Shown here: positions 49,925-60,448 of the stretch, piece by piece | Layout of the letters: the number at the start of each line of letters is the position of its first letter | Numbering within the stretch: position 1 is the stretch's first letter | Origin: Alistipes sp. | GTDB lineage: Bacteria > Bacteroidota > Bacteroidia > Bacteroidales > Rikenellaceae | Direction of reading: 5' to 3' | Assembly (NCBI GenBank): GCA_045588005.1 | Contig: JAZNDK010000015.1 | Location: 7,137-71,136 of the forward strand | DNA: 64,000 nucleotides | Program-made: the position numbers and the translations under genes | Notes under the pieces: model-generated | Database searches by the model: none | Told to the model about the DNA's origin: nothing | What the model saw: the letters and a program-made list of their open reading frames with translations, nothing else

Positions 49925-50514
49925 AAGGGGCGACGATTATGCAAAGCATGTGCTATGGTCAATTCATCGACATACTCAAGCTCGTCACCAAAGCCTATGC
50001 CGCGAGCAATGGTCGTAACCTTGACATCGGGGAAGGCCCTCAGACGGCTCATAAGGTAGAAGAGCGTGGTCTCCCCCTCGACAGAGGTTGATATTGCGAT
50101 GATAACCTCGCGAACTTCACCCGTAAGGAGCTTGTCGCAGAGAAGGTCGATCTTCAAATCGGAGGGGCCTACACCCTGCATGGGCGAGATAACACCGCCA
50201 AGGACATGATAGAGGCCGTGATACTGCCCTGTATTTTCGATAGATAAAAGGTCGCCAACTTGCTCGACAACACATATCGTCGAACGGTCACGTCGCGCAT
50301 CGCTGCATATTGGGCAGAAGGTGTCGTCGGAGAGGTTGTTACAACTTGCACAATGGCGTATTTCGTGGCTAAAACGCGATATGCTCGACGAGAGTGAGTC
50401 GGCAGCAGCTGTCTCCATCTTAAGGATATGCATAGCAAGGCGCAGTGCCGTGCGTCGGCCGATACCCGGAAGACGCTGTAACTCACTACATAGGTTATCC
50501 AAGAGCTTAGACAT
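49921..50514 (-). CDS. recR: Recombination mediator RecR
   Basis: LPGIG.RTA.RLA, C4 zinc finger, YHVLGG.ISP..G, Toprim EGETT, G.G.ELEY.DE. Confidence 0.97.
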   Translation of the reverse strand: MSKLLDNLCSELQRLPGIGRRTALRLAMHILKMETAAADSLSSSISRFSHEIRHCASCNNLSDDTFCPICSDARRDRSTICVVEQVGDLLSIENTGQYHGLYHVLGGVISPMQGVGPSDLKIDLLCDKLLTGEVREVIIAISTSVEGETTLFYLMSRLRAFPDVKVTTIARGIGFGDELEYVDELTIAHALHNRRPL

Positions 50515-50516
50515 GG

Positions 50517-51353
50517 CTACACCTCCTCGATAACCGAACTACGAATCCACCCCTTCTCGCCATCCGAGAAGAGGATCTCGCTCCACTCGCCATGGCTACG
50601 CAACACCCTGAGGGTCACGCCCTGCGAGGGCTGACGGATAATCTTCGACGAGCTGTCGGGCGAGGCGTGAACAGGTGTGGTGTCGCTACATACAACCACA
50701 GCATGACTATTTTCGAGCAACTCGGCACGCTGCGAGAGAGAGCATGCGGTAGTAATGACGAAGAGAAGTAGCGCGACGACAGCTACGCCAAAGGCTACCT
50801 TGCGATGCAAAACCTGCTGCGAAAGAAGATAGACAAGGAGCGAGATTAGCAGCACGACAAAGAGCACCACGGAGCTAACAGCCCAAGTGTTTGTTGTCGC
50901 CTTGTTGCGCAACGAATGCCAGAGGCTCACGACAAAGCTAAAGGGAATGGCCTCGGTGTCGTTGGTGTAATCCACGGCGATATCAAGGTTGTAACGAGCA
51001 TCCTCCATCGCAGGATTGAGGCGCAGAGCGCGTCGATAGTTGAGCACAGCCTTGCCGAGCTCTCCCGAGGCAAAGCCTCGACCCGAGGGCGAAAGAGTGT
51101 TCTGGCCGAGCTTAAAGTAGGCGTTGGCAAGGTTGTAGTAGGTGTCGGGAGTGGCATAACCGAGCTCTACGACACGCTCCAAACGCTCGACAGCGCGAGC
51201 ATAATCCCTATCGCCATAGGCCTGAATACCCTCCTGCCAGCACACCTCAGCCGTTGTCTTGGCATCGGCCGCAAAGAGCTGCCCCACGCTCATCACGAGA
51301 AGTGTGGTGCAGAGAACTATCTTAGTGAACGTATCTTTTACGGGAAGTATCAT
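50517..51353 (-). CDS. batE: BatE-like TPR and SH3 domain protein
   Basis: Signal peptide, TPR (YYNLANAY.K, AVLNY.RAL.LNP), two TMs, C-terminal SH3b (W......G.KGWI). Confidence 0.85.
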   Translation of the reverse strand: MILPVKDTFTKIVLCTTLLVMSVGQLFAADAKTTAEVCWQEGIQAYGDRDYARAVERLERVVELGYATPDTYYNLANAYFKLGQNTLSPSGRGFASGELGKAVLNYRRALRLNPAMEDARYNLDIAVDYTNDTEAIPFSFVVSLWHSLRNKATTNTWAVSSVVLFVVLLISLLVYLLSQQVLHRKVAFGVAVVALLLFVITTACSLSQRAELLENSHAVVVCSDTTPVHASPDSSSKIIRQPSQGVTLRVLRSHGEWSEILFSDGEKGWIRSSVIEEV

Positions 51354-51356
51354 CTC

Positions 51357-53177
51357 TTAATGTTTTATTACCGATTCTATCTTTGATATTACCTCGACAG
51401 CGTCGCTATATACACCATTCATATCGCCATCTGTCGAGGGGGCATACTGCGCCTCGTCGGAGCGCGAAATAATCTGGCAGAACTGCTCGGCATCTGCCGA
51501 TGATACGCCACGACGATATAGTTCCTCGCGGATAGTCTCCTTGGTAAGCTCCGCAACAGGGATATTAAACTTATCACAGATATATCCCCACATGGCACGA
51601 AGCATCTCCTCGTAGAAGGCGTGGCGGTTCTGCTCTCGCATATACTTCTCGGCCATGCGCAGACGCTGCACAGCGACCTTGTCGGCACGCTTCATACGTC
51701 GTGCTACGACATTGCGATTCAGGCGTATCTGACGACGCAGCAAGACATAGAGCACGATGAAGATAGCGAGCGACCCGATAGTTATTAGCCAATAGAGAGG
51801 CGAGAAGATAAATATCGGTGCATCCAAGCGCGGCGTGCCCGAGGTGTGAACGTAGCGTATATCGCGGTCGAGCTGACGCATCGCACCGCCATAGTCGGTA
51901 AGCGAGCCGGAGTAGATCTCCCTGCTACGATCAGACTTGCCATCGTCGAGCACCTCGATAGTAAACCGCTCGGTAGAGAGCGTGTGATACTCGCCATCGC
52001 GGGGATCGAAGTAGCTGAACTCGATAGGCTCGATAGTAAAGCTTCCCGCCGAGCGTGCAACAAAGGGGTAGGTATATGTTATCGAGCCCGATGTGCCGGT
52101 GGGCGTAATCTTGATATTATCAACGCTCTTGGTATCATACAACTCGAAAGACTCGGGTAGGCGGCACTTGGGAGCGGCAATAAATTTGAGATTGCCATCA
52201 CCCGAGATGGTGATTGATATCTGATCCGAGGTGTTTGCATCGAGCCTTGCCTCGGGCATCTTCGCTTGAAGAGAGAAGCTACCCACAGCACCTAAGAACG
52301 AGGCCGGAGCACCCTTCGGGAAGTCGAGAACTCGAATACTCTGCTGTTTGGTTTGGAGCTTACGAGTGACGTGATATATCTGATTTCCACTAAAAAATGG
52401 ATCGAAGTGTCGCTTATTATTCTGCACTACTACCTGTGCAACAACATCCATCGTCGTAGGTGGGATGACTACCTCGCCGCTACGTTGTGGCGACAGCAGC
52501 AGTTCGCGAATCTTGTAGGTCTCATAGACACGACCGTTATACTCCTCGCGCGAAGACGTATTGTCGAACGACAACTCCTGCGACCAGAAGTCGTCGAACG
52601 AAGGCATCTCGAGGCTCTCTATTTGGTCGATACCGACACGCGTATAGAGCACCAACGAAGCACGAATAGCCTCGCCCTTATATACCTCGGTATCTGAGAG
52701 TTTGAGTCGTAACAGAATGTCATCCTTGGCTATGCGACTCTCGGGCGAGGCGGTAGCTCCACGCTCGCTGCCAGCGGCCTCACGCTCGGCTATGACCTCT
52801 ACCGGCAGGGGCTTTGTAGAGTAGCTTTTGCCATCTACCTCGACACTTGCCGAGCCTATGGTGAATGTTCCAGCCCTCTCGGGGAGAAGTACATAGGTAA
52901 AGGTACAACTGTAACTTGTGGACTGCTTGCCGTTAATAAACTGTATTGAGTGCCCTGTCGATACGCTTGGCCCAGCAATAAGCTCGAAGCCCTCGAAGTC
53001 GGGAGCCTTAATCGAGCGAGTGTCAGGCTCGGCATCGACTGTAAACTCCACACGGAAGGGCTCGCCCATGGCTGTCAGTGCGGGAGCGTCAGCCACAAAC
53101 GATACCTGCGCCCACGCCTCGATAGAGCCGAGAAGCAGGGCTACGACGATACATACTCTACGAATCAAATGTTTCAT
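51357..53177 (-). CDS. batD: BatD family protein
   Basis: Signal peptide, GPS.S...S....NG, GAVG.F, I.G.GNL, C-terminal TM and FYEE...A.WGY..DK. Confidence 0.9.
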   Translation of the reverse strand: MKHLIRRVCIVVALLLGSIEAWAQVSFVADAPALTAMGEPFRVEFTVDAEPDTRSIKAPDFEGFELIAGPSVSTGHSIQFINGKQSTSYSCTFTYVLLPERAGTFTIGSASVEVDGKSYSTKPLPVEVIAEREAAGSERGATASPESRIAKDDILLRLKLSDTEVYKGEAIRASLVLYTRVGIDQIESLEMPSFDDFWSQELSFDNTSSREEYNGRVYETYKIRELLLSPQRSGEVVIPPTTMDVVAQVVVQNNKRHFDPFFSGNQIYHVTRKLQTKQQSIRVLDFPKGAPASFLGAVGSFSLQAKMPEARLDANTSDQISITISGDGNLKFIAAPKCRLPESFELYDTKSVDNIKITPTGTSGSITYTYPFVARSAGSFTIEPIEFSYFDPRDGEYHTLSTERFTIEVLDDGKSDRSREIYSGSLTDYGGAMRQLDRDIRYVHTSGTPRLDAPIFIFSPLYWLITIGSLAIFIVLYVLLRRQIRLNRNVVARRMKRADKVAVQRLRMAEKYMREQNRHAFYEEMLRAMWGYICDKFNIPVAELTKETIREELYRRGVSSADAEQFCQIISRSDEAQYAPSTDGDMNGVYSDAVEVISKIESVIKH

Positions 53178-53366
53178 CTAAACAAAATTAAGTATTGCCG
53201 ACACTTTTTTAACGCCTCGACAGGCGTTTTATTGCATTTCCATAGCAGCCAACAAGCCCCTCAACCATAGCGAGGGGCGTTGTCTGCCTATTTTTTGCCG
53301 CACTCTTAACAAGTGCATGTTATGGTTAGCCTATGCCAACTAAAATCGTTATAGCAACTCTCCCCA

Positions 53367-53622
53367 ATTAAAATCGGAGAGTAGGGTTAGTTTGGAGGAT
53401 TGTCGCCGCTCACGAAACCGCAGCATACTTGACGTATGTAAAGAGCCTCGCGCCACAAGCTAAATACCGAAATAACCCTGATATACCCCCCCCCAATTAA
53501 AATCGGAGAGTAGGGTTAGTTTGGTAGTCGGTCGCAGGGAGCGAGAGCGCAGCATACTATATGTATGTGAGCATCTCGCTACCAAGCCGAATGCCGAAAT
53601 AACCCTGCTATACGATTTTAAT
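53367..53622 (+). repeat. Tandem pair of long-hairpin elements (type D)
   Basis: Copies at 53367 and 53496 share ATTAAAATCGGAGAGTAGGGTTAGTTTGG, GCAGCATAC..GTATGT and CCGAAATAACCCTG; intact copy has ATTAAAATCG/CGATTTTAAT ends. Confidence 0.88.
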
Positions 53623-55231
53623 GTGCGAAGTCAGCAAAAAAATCATTACCCTTATCATCAACGATGATGAAGGCAGGGAAGTTCTCAACGTAAATCTTGC
53701 GAACAGCCTCCATGCAGAGCTCCTCGAAATCGACAACCTCGACACTCTTGATAGAGTTCTTGGCGAGGATAGCAGCCGGACCGCCAATAGAGCCGAGGTA
53801 GAAACCACCATTAGCCTTACATGCATCGGTAACCTGCTGTGAACGGTTGCCCTTAGCTACCATAACCATAGAGCCTCCGGCCTTCTGGAAGAGATCGACA
53901 TACGAGTCCATACGACCTGCCGTGGTGGGGCCAAACGAGCCCGAAGGCATGCCGGCAGGAGTCTTTGCAGGGCCTGCATAGTAAACAGGGTGCTTCTTGA
54001 AGTAGTCGGGCATTGGCTTACCCTCGTCGAGCATCTGCTTGATGCGGGCATGAGCGATATCACGAGCTACAACAAGCGTACCCTTAAGGTTGAGACGTGT
54101 CTTGATGGGATACTTCGACAAAATCTCGCGTACCTTATCCATACCCTCGTCAAGATCGATATCTACGGCGGGAGACATGGCTGGAGCCTCGGCAGGAAGG
54201 AAGCGGGCAGGATTCTTCTCCAACTGCTCGAGGAAGATGCCGTCGGGGGTAATCTTAGCCTTGATGTTACGGTCTGCCGAGCAGCTAACACCAATAGCCA
54301 CGGGGCACGATGCAGCGTGACGCGGAGCACGGATGACGCGAACATCGTGGATGTAGTACTTGCCTCCAAACTGTGCACCGAGACCTATCTCCTGGCATAT
54401 CTTCTCAACCTTAGCCTCCCACTCCAAATCGCGGAAGCAGCGACCACCCTCGTTGCCCGATGTGGGAAGCTCGTCGAGATAGCCCGCCGAAGCCTTCTTA
54501 ACGGTCGAGAGACACATCTCGGCAGATGTACCACCGATACATATTGCGAGGTGGTAGGGAGGACATGCCGAAGTACCGAGGTCGAGGATATGCTTCTTGA
54601 TGAAAGCGGTCAATGACTCCTCGTTGAGCAGAGCCTTGGTCTGCTGATAGAGGAAGGTCTTGTTTGCCGAGCCACCACCCTTAGTGATGAAGAGGAAGTC
54701 GTACTCCATGCCCGGATGACCTGCGTAGATGTCAATCTGTGCGGGGAGGTTGGTTGCCGAGTTCTTCTCCTCGGTCATGGTGAAGGGAACGACCTGCGAG
54801 TAGCGCAAGTTACGCTCCTTGTATGTCTCATAAACACCGCGCGAGATGCACTCGGCGTCGTTAGCTCCGGTATATACATCCTCGCCCTTATGGCCGATAC
54901 ATATTGCAGTACCCGTATCCTGACATGTGGGAAGCTCGCCCTCGGCAGCTACACACTGGTTGAGGAGCATGGTGTAGGCAACGAACTTGTCGTTATCGGT
55001 AGCCTCGGGGTCCTTCAGAATGTTCGATAGCTTCTGAAGGTGCGAAGCACGAAGGTAGAACGACACGTCGCTATATGCCTCCTTAGCTAAGAGTTCTAAG
55101 CCCTTAGGATCGACCTTCAAAATCTTACGGCCGTCGCACTCTACGACCTTTACATAGTCCTTCGTGAGAAGGCGGTACTCCGTCTTATCCGCCTGGATAG
55201 GGAACGGCTCCTGATAGATAAACTCTGCCAT
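53618..55231 (-). CDS. fumA: Fumarate hydratase class I
   Basis: [41 protein letters not shown]; start reassigned to MAEFIYQ. Confidence 0.96.
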   Translation of the reverse strand: MAEFIYQEPFPIQADKTEYRLLTKDYVKVVECDGRKILKVDPKGLELLAKEAYSDVSFYLRASHLQKLSNILKDPEATDNDKFVAYTMLLNQCVAAEGELPTCQDTGTAICIGHKGEDVYTGANDAECISRGVYETYKERNLRYSQVVPFTMTEEKNSATNLPAQIDIYAGHPGMEYDFLFITKGGGSANKTFLYQQTKALLNEESLTAFIKKHILDLGTSACPPYHLAICIGGTSAEMCLSTVKKASAGYLDELPTSGNEGGRCFRDLEWEAKVEKICQEIGLGAQFGGKYYIHDVRVIRAPRHAASCPVAIGVSCSADRNIKAKITPDGIFLEQLEKNPARFLPAEAPAMSPAVDIDLDEGMDKVREILSKYPIKTRLNLKGTLVVARDIAHARIKQMLDEGKPMPDYFKKHPVYYAGPAKTPAGMPSGSFGPTTAGRMDSYVDLFQKAGGSMVMVAKGNRSQQVTDACKANGGFYLGSIGGPAAILAKNSIKSVEVVDFEELCMEAVRKIYVENFPAFIIVDDKGNDFFADFAH

Positions 55232-55280
55232 AGTTGTTTTAGTTTTTATTGTGTTTATTATTTCGTTGCAAGATATTATG

Positions 55281-56615
55281 TTACAAGCTGCTGATAAAGT
55301 CGATGATGCCAAAGACAAAGACTATCGACACCAGCACGGGGCATACATAGCGAAGCAGGAAGCGTATCACGGGGTAGGTCTTGGCATCGATGCCTCCCTC
55401 GGCCGTAAGCTCGGCACGCATATCCTCCTTCTTCCACAACCAACCGACAAATATCGAGGTTAGGATACCCAAGAGCGGCAACATGACGATAGCCGTGAAG
55501 TTGTCGAGCAATGAGAAGATATTCATGCCCGCAACACGCACACCATCCCATACGCCGAGCGAGAGTGAGGCCACCGTAGCGAGTGCAAGAGCACCCAGAG
55601 TGACAAGCGTTGCACCCGCATTGCGCGACATGCCCCTCTTCTCGACAAAGTATGAGGTTACAGCCTCGTGCATCGAGATTGTCGATGATAGAGCTGCAAG
55701 AGCCAAGAGGAGGAAGAAGAGCGTGGACCACAGACCTCCAAGAGGCATGGCACTAAACACCTTGGGCATAGCCACAAAGGCGAGCTGAGGGCCACTCTCA
55801 TTCTCGACACCTGCCGAGAAGATGATGACAGCAGCCGTCAAGGCCACAAACGTATCGAGCGACACAACGCTGATGGCCGTGCCCGAGAGCTTGGTGCCGT
55901 CCTTGAAATATGAGCCGTAGATAAGCATAGCACCCATTCCTATCGACAAAGTGAAGAAGGCCTGACCCATGGCATCGAGGAAGGTCTTACCCGTAACCTT
56001 CGAGAAGTCGGGAGTAAAGACATTGGCCAACGCCTCGCGGCCATCGGGCAGCCACAACGAGTAGATAGCCAAGACGATAAGTATGACGAAGAGCAGCGGC
56101 ATCATAACCTTCGAGGCCTTCTCGATGCCTCCCTGAACACCACCGATGATGATGAAGTGGTTGAGAAGGATGAAGATGTAGGTGCAGATGAGCGGTGCCC
56201 ATGTTGCCGAGGTGAACTCCGTGAAGAAGCCACCGAAGTCGCTACCTATGCTATTTGTTGCCGAGGCGTAGGCGTAGTTCAGCGTCCAACCCGAGATTAC
56301 AAAGTAGTAGCCCATGATAAGGAATACCGAGACAAGGCCCAATGCTCCGAGCCAGCCCCAGCCCTTACGAATCTTGGCATAGGCATCTATCGGGTTACTC
56401 TTCGAGTTATGACCCACCGAGAACTCGGCGATAAGGAGCGGAAGACCCAAAAAGAGGATACATCCGAGGTAGATGATGATAAAGGCACCTCCTCCATTCT
56501 CACTTGTAATGTAGGGAAATCGCCAAATGTTACCCAGACCTATGGCCGAGCCAGCGGCTGCGAGGATGGCAGCAATCTTACCGCCAAAGCCTCCACGTTT
56601 TTCCATTGCACTCAT
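55281..56615 (-). CDS. Sodium-dependent transporter (NSS/SNF family)
   Basis: [16 protein letters not shown]....[20 protein letters not shown]. Confidence 0.95.
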   Translation of the reverse strand: MSAMEKRGGFGGKIAAILAAAGSAIGLGNIWRFPYITSENGGGAFIIIYLGCILFLGLPLLIAEFSVGHNSKSNPIDAYAKIRKGWGWLGALGLVSVFLIMGYYFVISGWTLNYAYASATNSIGSDFGGFFTEFTSATWAPLICTYIFILLNHFIIIGGVQGGIEKASKVMMPLLFVILIVLAIYSLWLPDGREALANVFTPDFSKVTGKTFLDAMGQAFFTLSIGMGAMLIYGSYFKDGTKLSGTAISVVSLDTFVALTAAVIIFSAGVENESGPQLAFVAMPKVFSAMPLGGLWSTLFFLLLALAALSSTISMHEAVTSYFVEKRGMSRNAGATLVTLGALALATVASLSLGVWDGVRVAGMNIFSLLDNFTAIVMLPLLGILTSIFVGWLWKKEDMRAELTAEGGIDAKTYPVIRFLLRYVCPVLVSIVFVFGIIDFISSL

Positions 56616-56635
56616 ATTTTAAGTTTTGTTTTAGT

Positions 56636-56995
56636 CTATCCTACAAGCGTAACGCTCACACTATCAACCTTACCACCAAGCGGAGGTGCTATCTTCGCCA
56701 CGGTACACTCCACACTCTCGATCTGCGGGAACTCGGCACGCACAGCCTCGATGACGTTCGCCGCAGCAGCCTCGATGGTGCGCTGCGTACGCTGCATCGT
56801 GCGCTCGACAATCTCATATACGGTGAGGTAGTTTACCGCCTTGGTGACATCATCCTCGCGATGAAGCTCACCCAACGGGGTACGTATCGTCATATCGACA
56901 CGGAAACGGTTACCCACCCTCTGCTCGAGGTCGTAGCAACCGTGGTAGGCGCGTAGCGAAATGCCGTTTAGGCGAATAGTGTAACTCTTATCCAC
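56636..56995 (-). CDS. folB: Dihydroneopterin aldolase
   Basis: AYHG....EQ..GN.F.VD, VNY, K..PP. Confidence 0.93.
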   Translation of the reverse strand: MDKSYTIRLNGISLRAYHGCYDLEQRVGNRFRVDMTIRTPLGELHREDDVTKAVNYLTVYEIVERTMQRTQRTIEAAAANVIEAVRAEFPQIESVECTVAKIAPPLGGKVDSVSVTLVG

Positions 56996-57004
56996 GACAC
57001 AACA

Positions 57005-58300
57005 CTATTGAACGGTTATAAGATAGTAGTTCTTCTTGCCACGCTGCGCCAAGAGGTACTTGCCGGCGATAAGGTCGGCCTCGGTGACAGCACGCATAGG
57101 GTCGGCGACCTTCTCCTTGTTGAGCTGCACACCACCACCCTGCACCATCTTGCGGCACTCGCCCTTCGAGGGGAAGACCTTGCATAGATCGGCCACGATG
57201 TCGATAAAGGGCTTTCCTAAATTCTCACGCGACATGCTAAACTGTGGCACACCCTCGAATACCTGCAACAGCGTGGCCTCGTCCAACGAGCGGAGAGCCT
57301 CCGACGTAGCATTGCCAAAGAGGATGTTGGTGGCTGCCTGCGCCTTCTCAAGTTCCTCGCGCGAGTGAATCATCGTTGTAAGCTCCTCGGCAAGACGCTT
57401 CTGCAAGATGCGAAGATGGGGAGCCTCGTCGTGCTCGGCGATAAGACGCTCGATAGTTTCGCGGTCGAGCAGCGTGAATATCTTGATGTAACGCTTAGCG
57501 TCATCGTCGCTCACATTGAGCCAGAACTGATAGAACTTATAGGGTGAGGTGTAGCGTGCATCGAGCCATACATTACCGCTCTCTGTCTTGCCAAATTTCG
57601 TACCGTCGGCCTTGGTAATCAGCGGGCAGGTGATAGCAAAGGCCTCAGCCTCCACGCCGAGCTTACGACGGATAAGCTCCGTACCTGTGGTTATGTTACC
57701 CCACTGGGCAGCACCTCCGAGCTGCACCTTACAGCCATACTGCTGGTAGAGGTGTAGGAAGTCGTATCCCTGCAAGAGCTGATAGGTAAACTCGGTGAAC
57801 GACATGCCGTCGCCCTCGCCGTTGAAACGCTTCTTTACCGAATCCTTAGCCATCATGTAGTTTACGGTGATGCACTTGCCGATGTCGCGAGCAAAGTCGA
57901 GGAACGAGAACTCCTTCATCCAATCGTAGTTGTTTACAAGGAGAGCCCTATTCTCGGCCTCAGAGTCGAAGTCGATAAGTTTTGCAAGTTGATTCTTGAT
58001 AGCCTCCTGATTGTGGCGCAGTGTAGCCTCGTCGAGGAGATTGCGCTCCTGTGACTTTCCCGAGGGGTCGCCAATCATACCCGTAGCACCACCTATGAGT
58101 GCTATGGGGCGATGGCCGCACATCTGAAAGTGTTTCAAAATCATGACACCAACAAGGTGACCTATATGCAACGAGTCTGCCGTGGGGTCGATACCGAGGT
58201 AGGCTGTTGTCATCTCCTTCTGTAACTGCTCCTTAGCACCGGGCATGATTGTATGAATCATACCTCTCCACTCGAGCTCCTGAACAAAATCTTTAATCAT
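57005..58300 (-). CDS. tyrS: Tyrosyl-tRNA synthetase
   Basis: [33 protein letters not shown]-terminal S4 domain. Confidence 0.98.
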   Translation of the reverse strand: MIKDFVQELEWRGMIHTIMPGAKEQLQKEMTTAYLGIDPTADSLHIGHLVGVMILKHFQMCGHRPIALIGGATGMIGDPSGKSQERNLLDEATLRHNQEAIKNQLAKLIDFDSEAENRALLVNNYDWMKEFSFLDFARDIGKCITVNYMMAKDSVKKRFNGEGDGMSFTEFTYQLLQGYDFLHLYQQYGCKVQLGGAAQWGNITTGTELIRRKLGVEAEAFAITCPLITKADGTKFGKTESGNVWLDARYTSPYKFYQFWLNVSDDDAKRYIKIFTLLDRETIERLIAEHDEAPHLRILQKRLAEELTTMIHSREELEKAQAATNILFGNATSEALRSLDEATLLQVFEGVPQFSMSRENLGKPFIDIVADLCKVFPSKGECRKMVQGGGVQLNKEKVADPMRAVTEADLIAGKYLLAQRGKKNYYLITVQ

Positions 58301-58372
58301 CGTATATTCGTTTTAGTTAATTCTTAAACTATCGTCGTTTCAAATATTCTCTTATCTTTTCGATGACCTACC

Positions 58373-59057
58373 CACCTACATCAGCGGTAAGCCACTTGGT
58401 TATTAGAACGTTCCCACCTCATTCAGCAGCAGGCCTCTTTTTAGCCAGAAGGTCACTAACACCTCCATCAGCGGTAGGCCCCTTTGTTGTCAGAAGGGGT
58501 TAGATTTGAGCTCGATTAAGATATTGACTCGGATGGGACATACTCGAAGTATTTCCCATTCGGGGCAATGATTGAGAGCTCGAAGATGACCACTTATCAC
58601 GACAAAGATTTGTTGTCAGAAGGCAACCCTCACCTATATCAGCAGCAGGCTGCTTTGTTGTTAGAAGGGGTTAGATACAACGCTCGGCGAATTTCGAGGC
58701 GATGGGCTGTACTAAGGCGTACTGCCCATTGCTGAGATAATTCGTTAGCGGCAGTAGATGACCCCTTATCACAACAAAGAACACCTCAATCAGCGGTAGG
58801 CCCCTTTGTTGTCAGAAGGGGTTAGATACAACGCTCGGCGAATTTCGAGGCGATGGGCTGTACTATGGCGTACTGCCCATTGCTGAGATAATTCGTTAGC
58901 GGCAGTAGATGACCCCTTATCACGACAAAGATTTGTTGTTAGAAGGGGTTAGATTTGAGCTCGATTAAGATATTGACACGGATGGGACATACTCGAAGTA
59001 TTTCCCATTCGGGGCAATGATTGAGAGCTCGAAGATGACCCCTTATAACAACAAAGA
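58373..59057 (+). repeat. Composite array of long-hairpin elements in order A-B-B-A with a repeated 21-bp linker
   Basis: Units 58482-58607, 58653-58779, 58804-58930, 58932-59056; linker CACCTnnnTCAGCRGYARGCY at 58373, 58415, 58460, 58631, 58782. Confidence 0.92.
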
Positions 59058-59789
59058 TTAGTCGTCTAATTCTACTTTGTAGATAAGATTATCCATGCAG
59101 ATATATAGCGGAGTATTTGCGCCATACTCGCCAACATCGGTTGTCTCAACCTTGACGCGCAAACCCCACAACTCGCCTCGAAGCTCCGAGAGATCAAAGC
59201 TATTCCACGCATCGGCAACGAAACGCCTGCCCTCGCGATAGTCGGCAACATAGCAATCGACGCTCTTACCCTCACGCTTATCCTCATGTAGCGCAGTGAA
59301 GGTAACCTTTAGGTAGTCACCATCAGTAAAGGCACGGGCAAAGTCGTTACCCTCGGTTATGGCTTGATGGGTGTAGGTCGAGAGGTTGAGCAATACGGAT
59401 GAAAACTCATAATCGCCAAAGTAGCGACACAGAATATCGCAGGTGGGATTGTAGCTGTCGTAGTAGAAGAGCATAAAGCCGTCGCCTGAGTGATTATAGA
59501 CGCTATATTGGTTGGTATAGCTACCATCCTCCATGTTGTGCATAGAGGAGTGGGCAAAACCTCCCCAATAGCCATACTCCTCGTTTAAGAAGTGCTCGAA
59601 TTTGAGATATGCGCTGTTGTAACCCAAGAGGTAGGTCTCAGGAGCATCAGTGTCGAAACTCTCGCATACAATTTCGACAAGATTTTCTCTTGGAACATCA
59701 TCATCACCACCTATTTTATCGAGTATATCGGTACAACTCGTTATCAAAAGTAGTGGCAGGGATAAGATAGGTAATAAAAACTTCTTCAT
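59058..59789 (-). CDS. DUF4465 family lipoprotein
   Basis: Lipobox ITS-C; YWGGF..S, NQYS, GN.FAR.F..GDY, W..FDL, D.GEYG.NTP.Y.C.DN. Confidence 0.85.
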   Translation of the reverse strand: MKKFLLPILSLPLLLITSCTDILDKIGGDDDVPRENLVEIVCESFDTDAPETYLLGYNSAYLKFEHFLNEEYGYWGGFAHSSMHNMEDGSYTNQYSVYNHSGDGFMLFYYDSYNPTCDILCRYFGDYEFSSVLLNLSTYTHQAITEGNDFARAFTDGDYLKVTFTALHEDKREGKSVDCYVADYREGRRFVADAWNSFDLSELRGELWGLRVKVETTDVGEYGANTPLYICMDNLIYKVELDD

Positions 59790-59831
59790 ATAGTCTGTTT
59801 TGGATTATTATACTCTTCTTTATTTGCTCGA

Positions 59832-60437
59832 TTATAGAAATGAGACAATGTCGTAGGCGCGGTAATCGCCCCTATTCCACTCGGGCACAGGCTCTAACGC
59901 AACATTATCGAGGAGCTCCAAGCTTATGGCATAGTGCTCGCCGTCGTAGTTATAGGCCACCTTGCGGGGCAGAACCCTCTCCCCCTCGCGGCTCAGCGTA
60001 AGCTCAATCTGCATATCGCCATAGCTCTGCTCCGTGGGCTCTATGCTGAGGGTTACGCCACTGGCCGAGCTCTCCTTAATCGAGATATTGTACTCGCCCT
60101 CGACAAACTCGAAGGCGCGTGTAGGGTTGCTCAACAGATCGCGGGCCTCCAAGTTGGCTCGATCCTCGACAACCTCCTTGCGGCTGTTGTTCACCTCGTA
60201 GCGCAACTTACCGTCGGAATATACCTCCATGGCACCCAGCGTGAGATAGTAGCTATCGCCTTCGACAACGAAGTAGCCTCGCATGGAGTCCATACCCTCG
60301 GCCTCGACCGCGATAGAGGTGGCATAGTGGTTGCCGAGTGTGCGGTGCAGGCCGTTGAGCCACTCGCTCGGGCTACTCTGCGCCGAGAGTGTAGCTACCG
60401 CAAAGATCATCAACTGAAGCATTAGAAACCTCTTCAT
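59832..60437 (-). CDS. LolA-like outer-membrane lipoprotein carrier
   Basis: Signal peptide, G......G..Y, Y.DGK......KEV, NP motif; conserved position after ftsK. Confidence 0.75.
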   Translation of the reverse strand: MKRFLMLQLMIFAVATLSAQSSPSEWLNGLHRTLGNHYATSIAVEAEGMDSMRGYFVVEGDSYYLTLGAMEVYSDGKLRYEVNNSRKEVVEDRANLEARDLLSNPTRAFEFVEGEYNISIKESSASGVTLSIEPTEQSYGDMQIELTLSREGERVLPRKVAYNYDGEHYAISLELLDNVALEPVPEWNRGDYRAYDIVSFL

Positions 60438-60448
60438 CGTCAATTAAG

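Noticed and set aside
49820..50059. 79-aa ORF
   Set aside because: Starts inside the repeat and runs antisense into recR
58301..58480. T-box leader for tyrS
   Set aside because: No T-box or specifier motifs on the minus strand; the region consists of repeat stubs
58373..59057. CRISPR array reading of the repeats (also at 49.7 and 53.4 kb)
   Set aside because: The would-be spacers are about 85 nt, recur as near-identical pairs and are self-complementary; repeats are inverted ends; no cas genes
59790..59831. Cobalamin riboswitch before the DUF4465 lipoprotein
   Set aside because: Gap is only about 40 nt with no B12-box; the gene follows ftsK and the lolA-like gene directly
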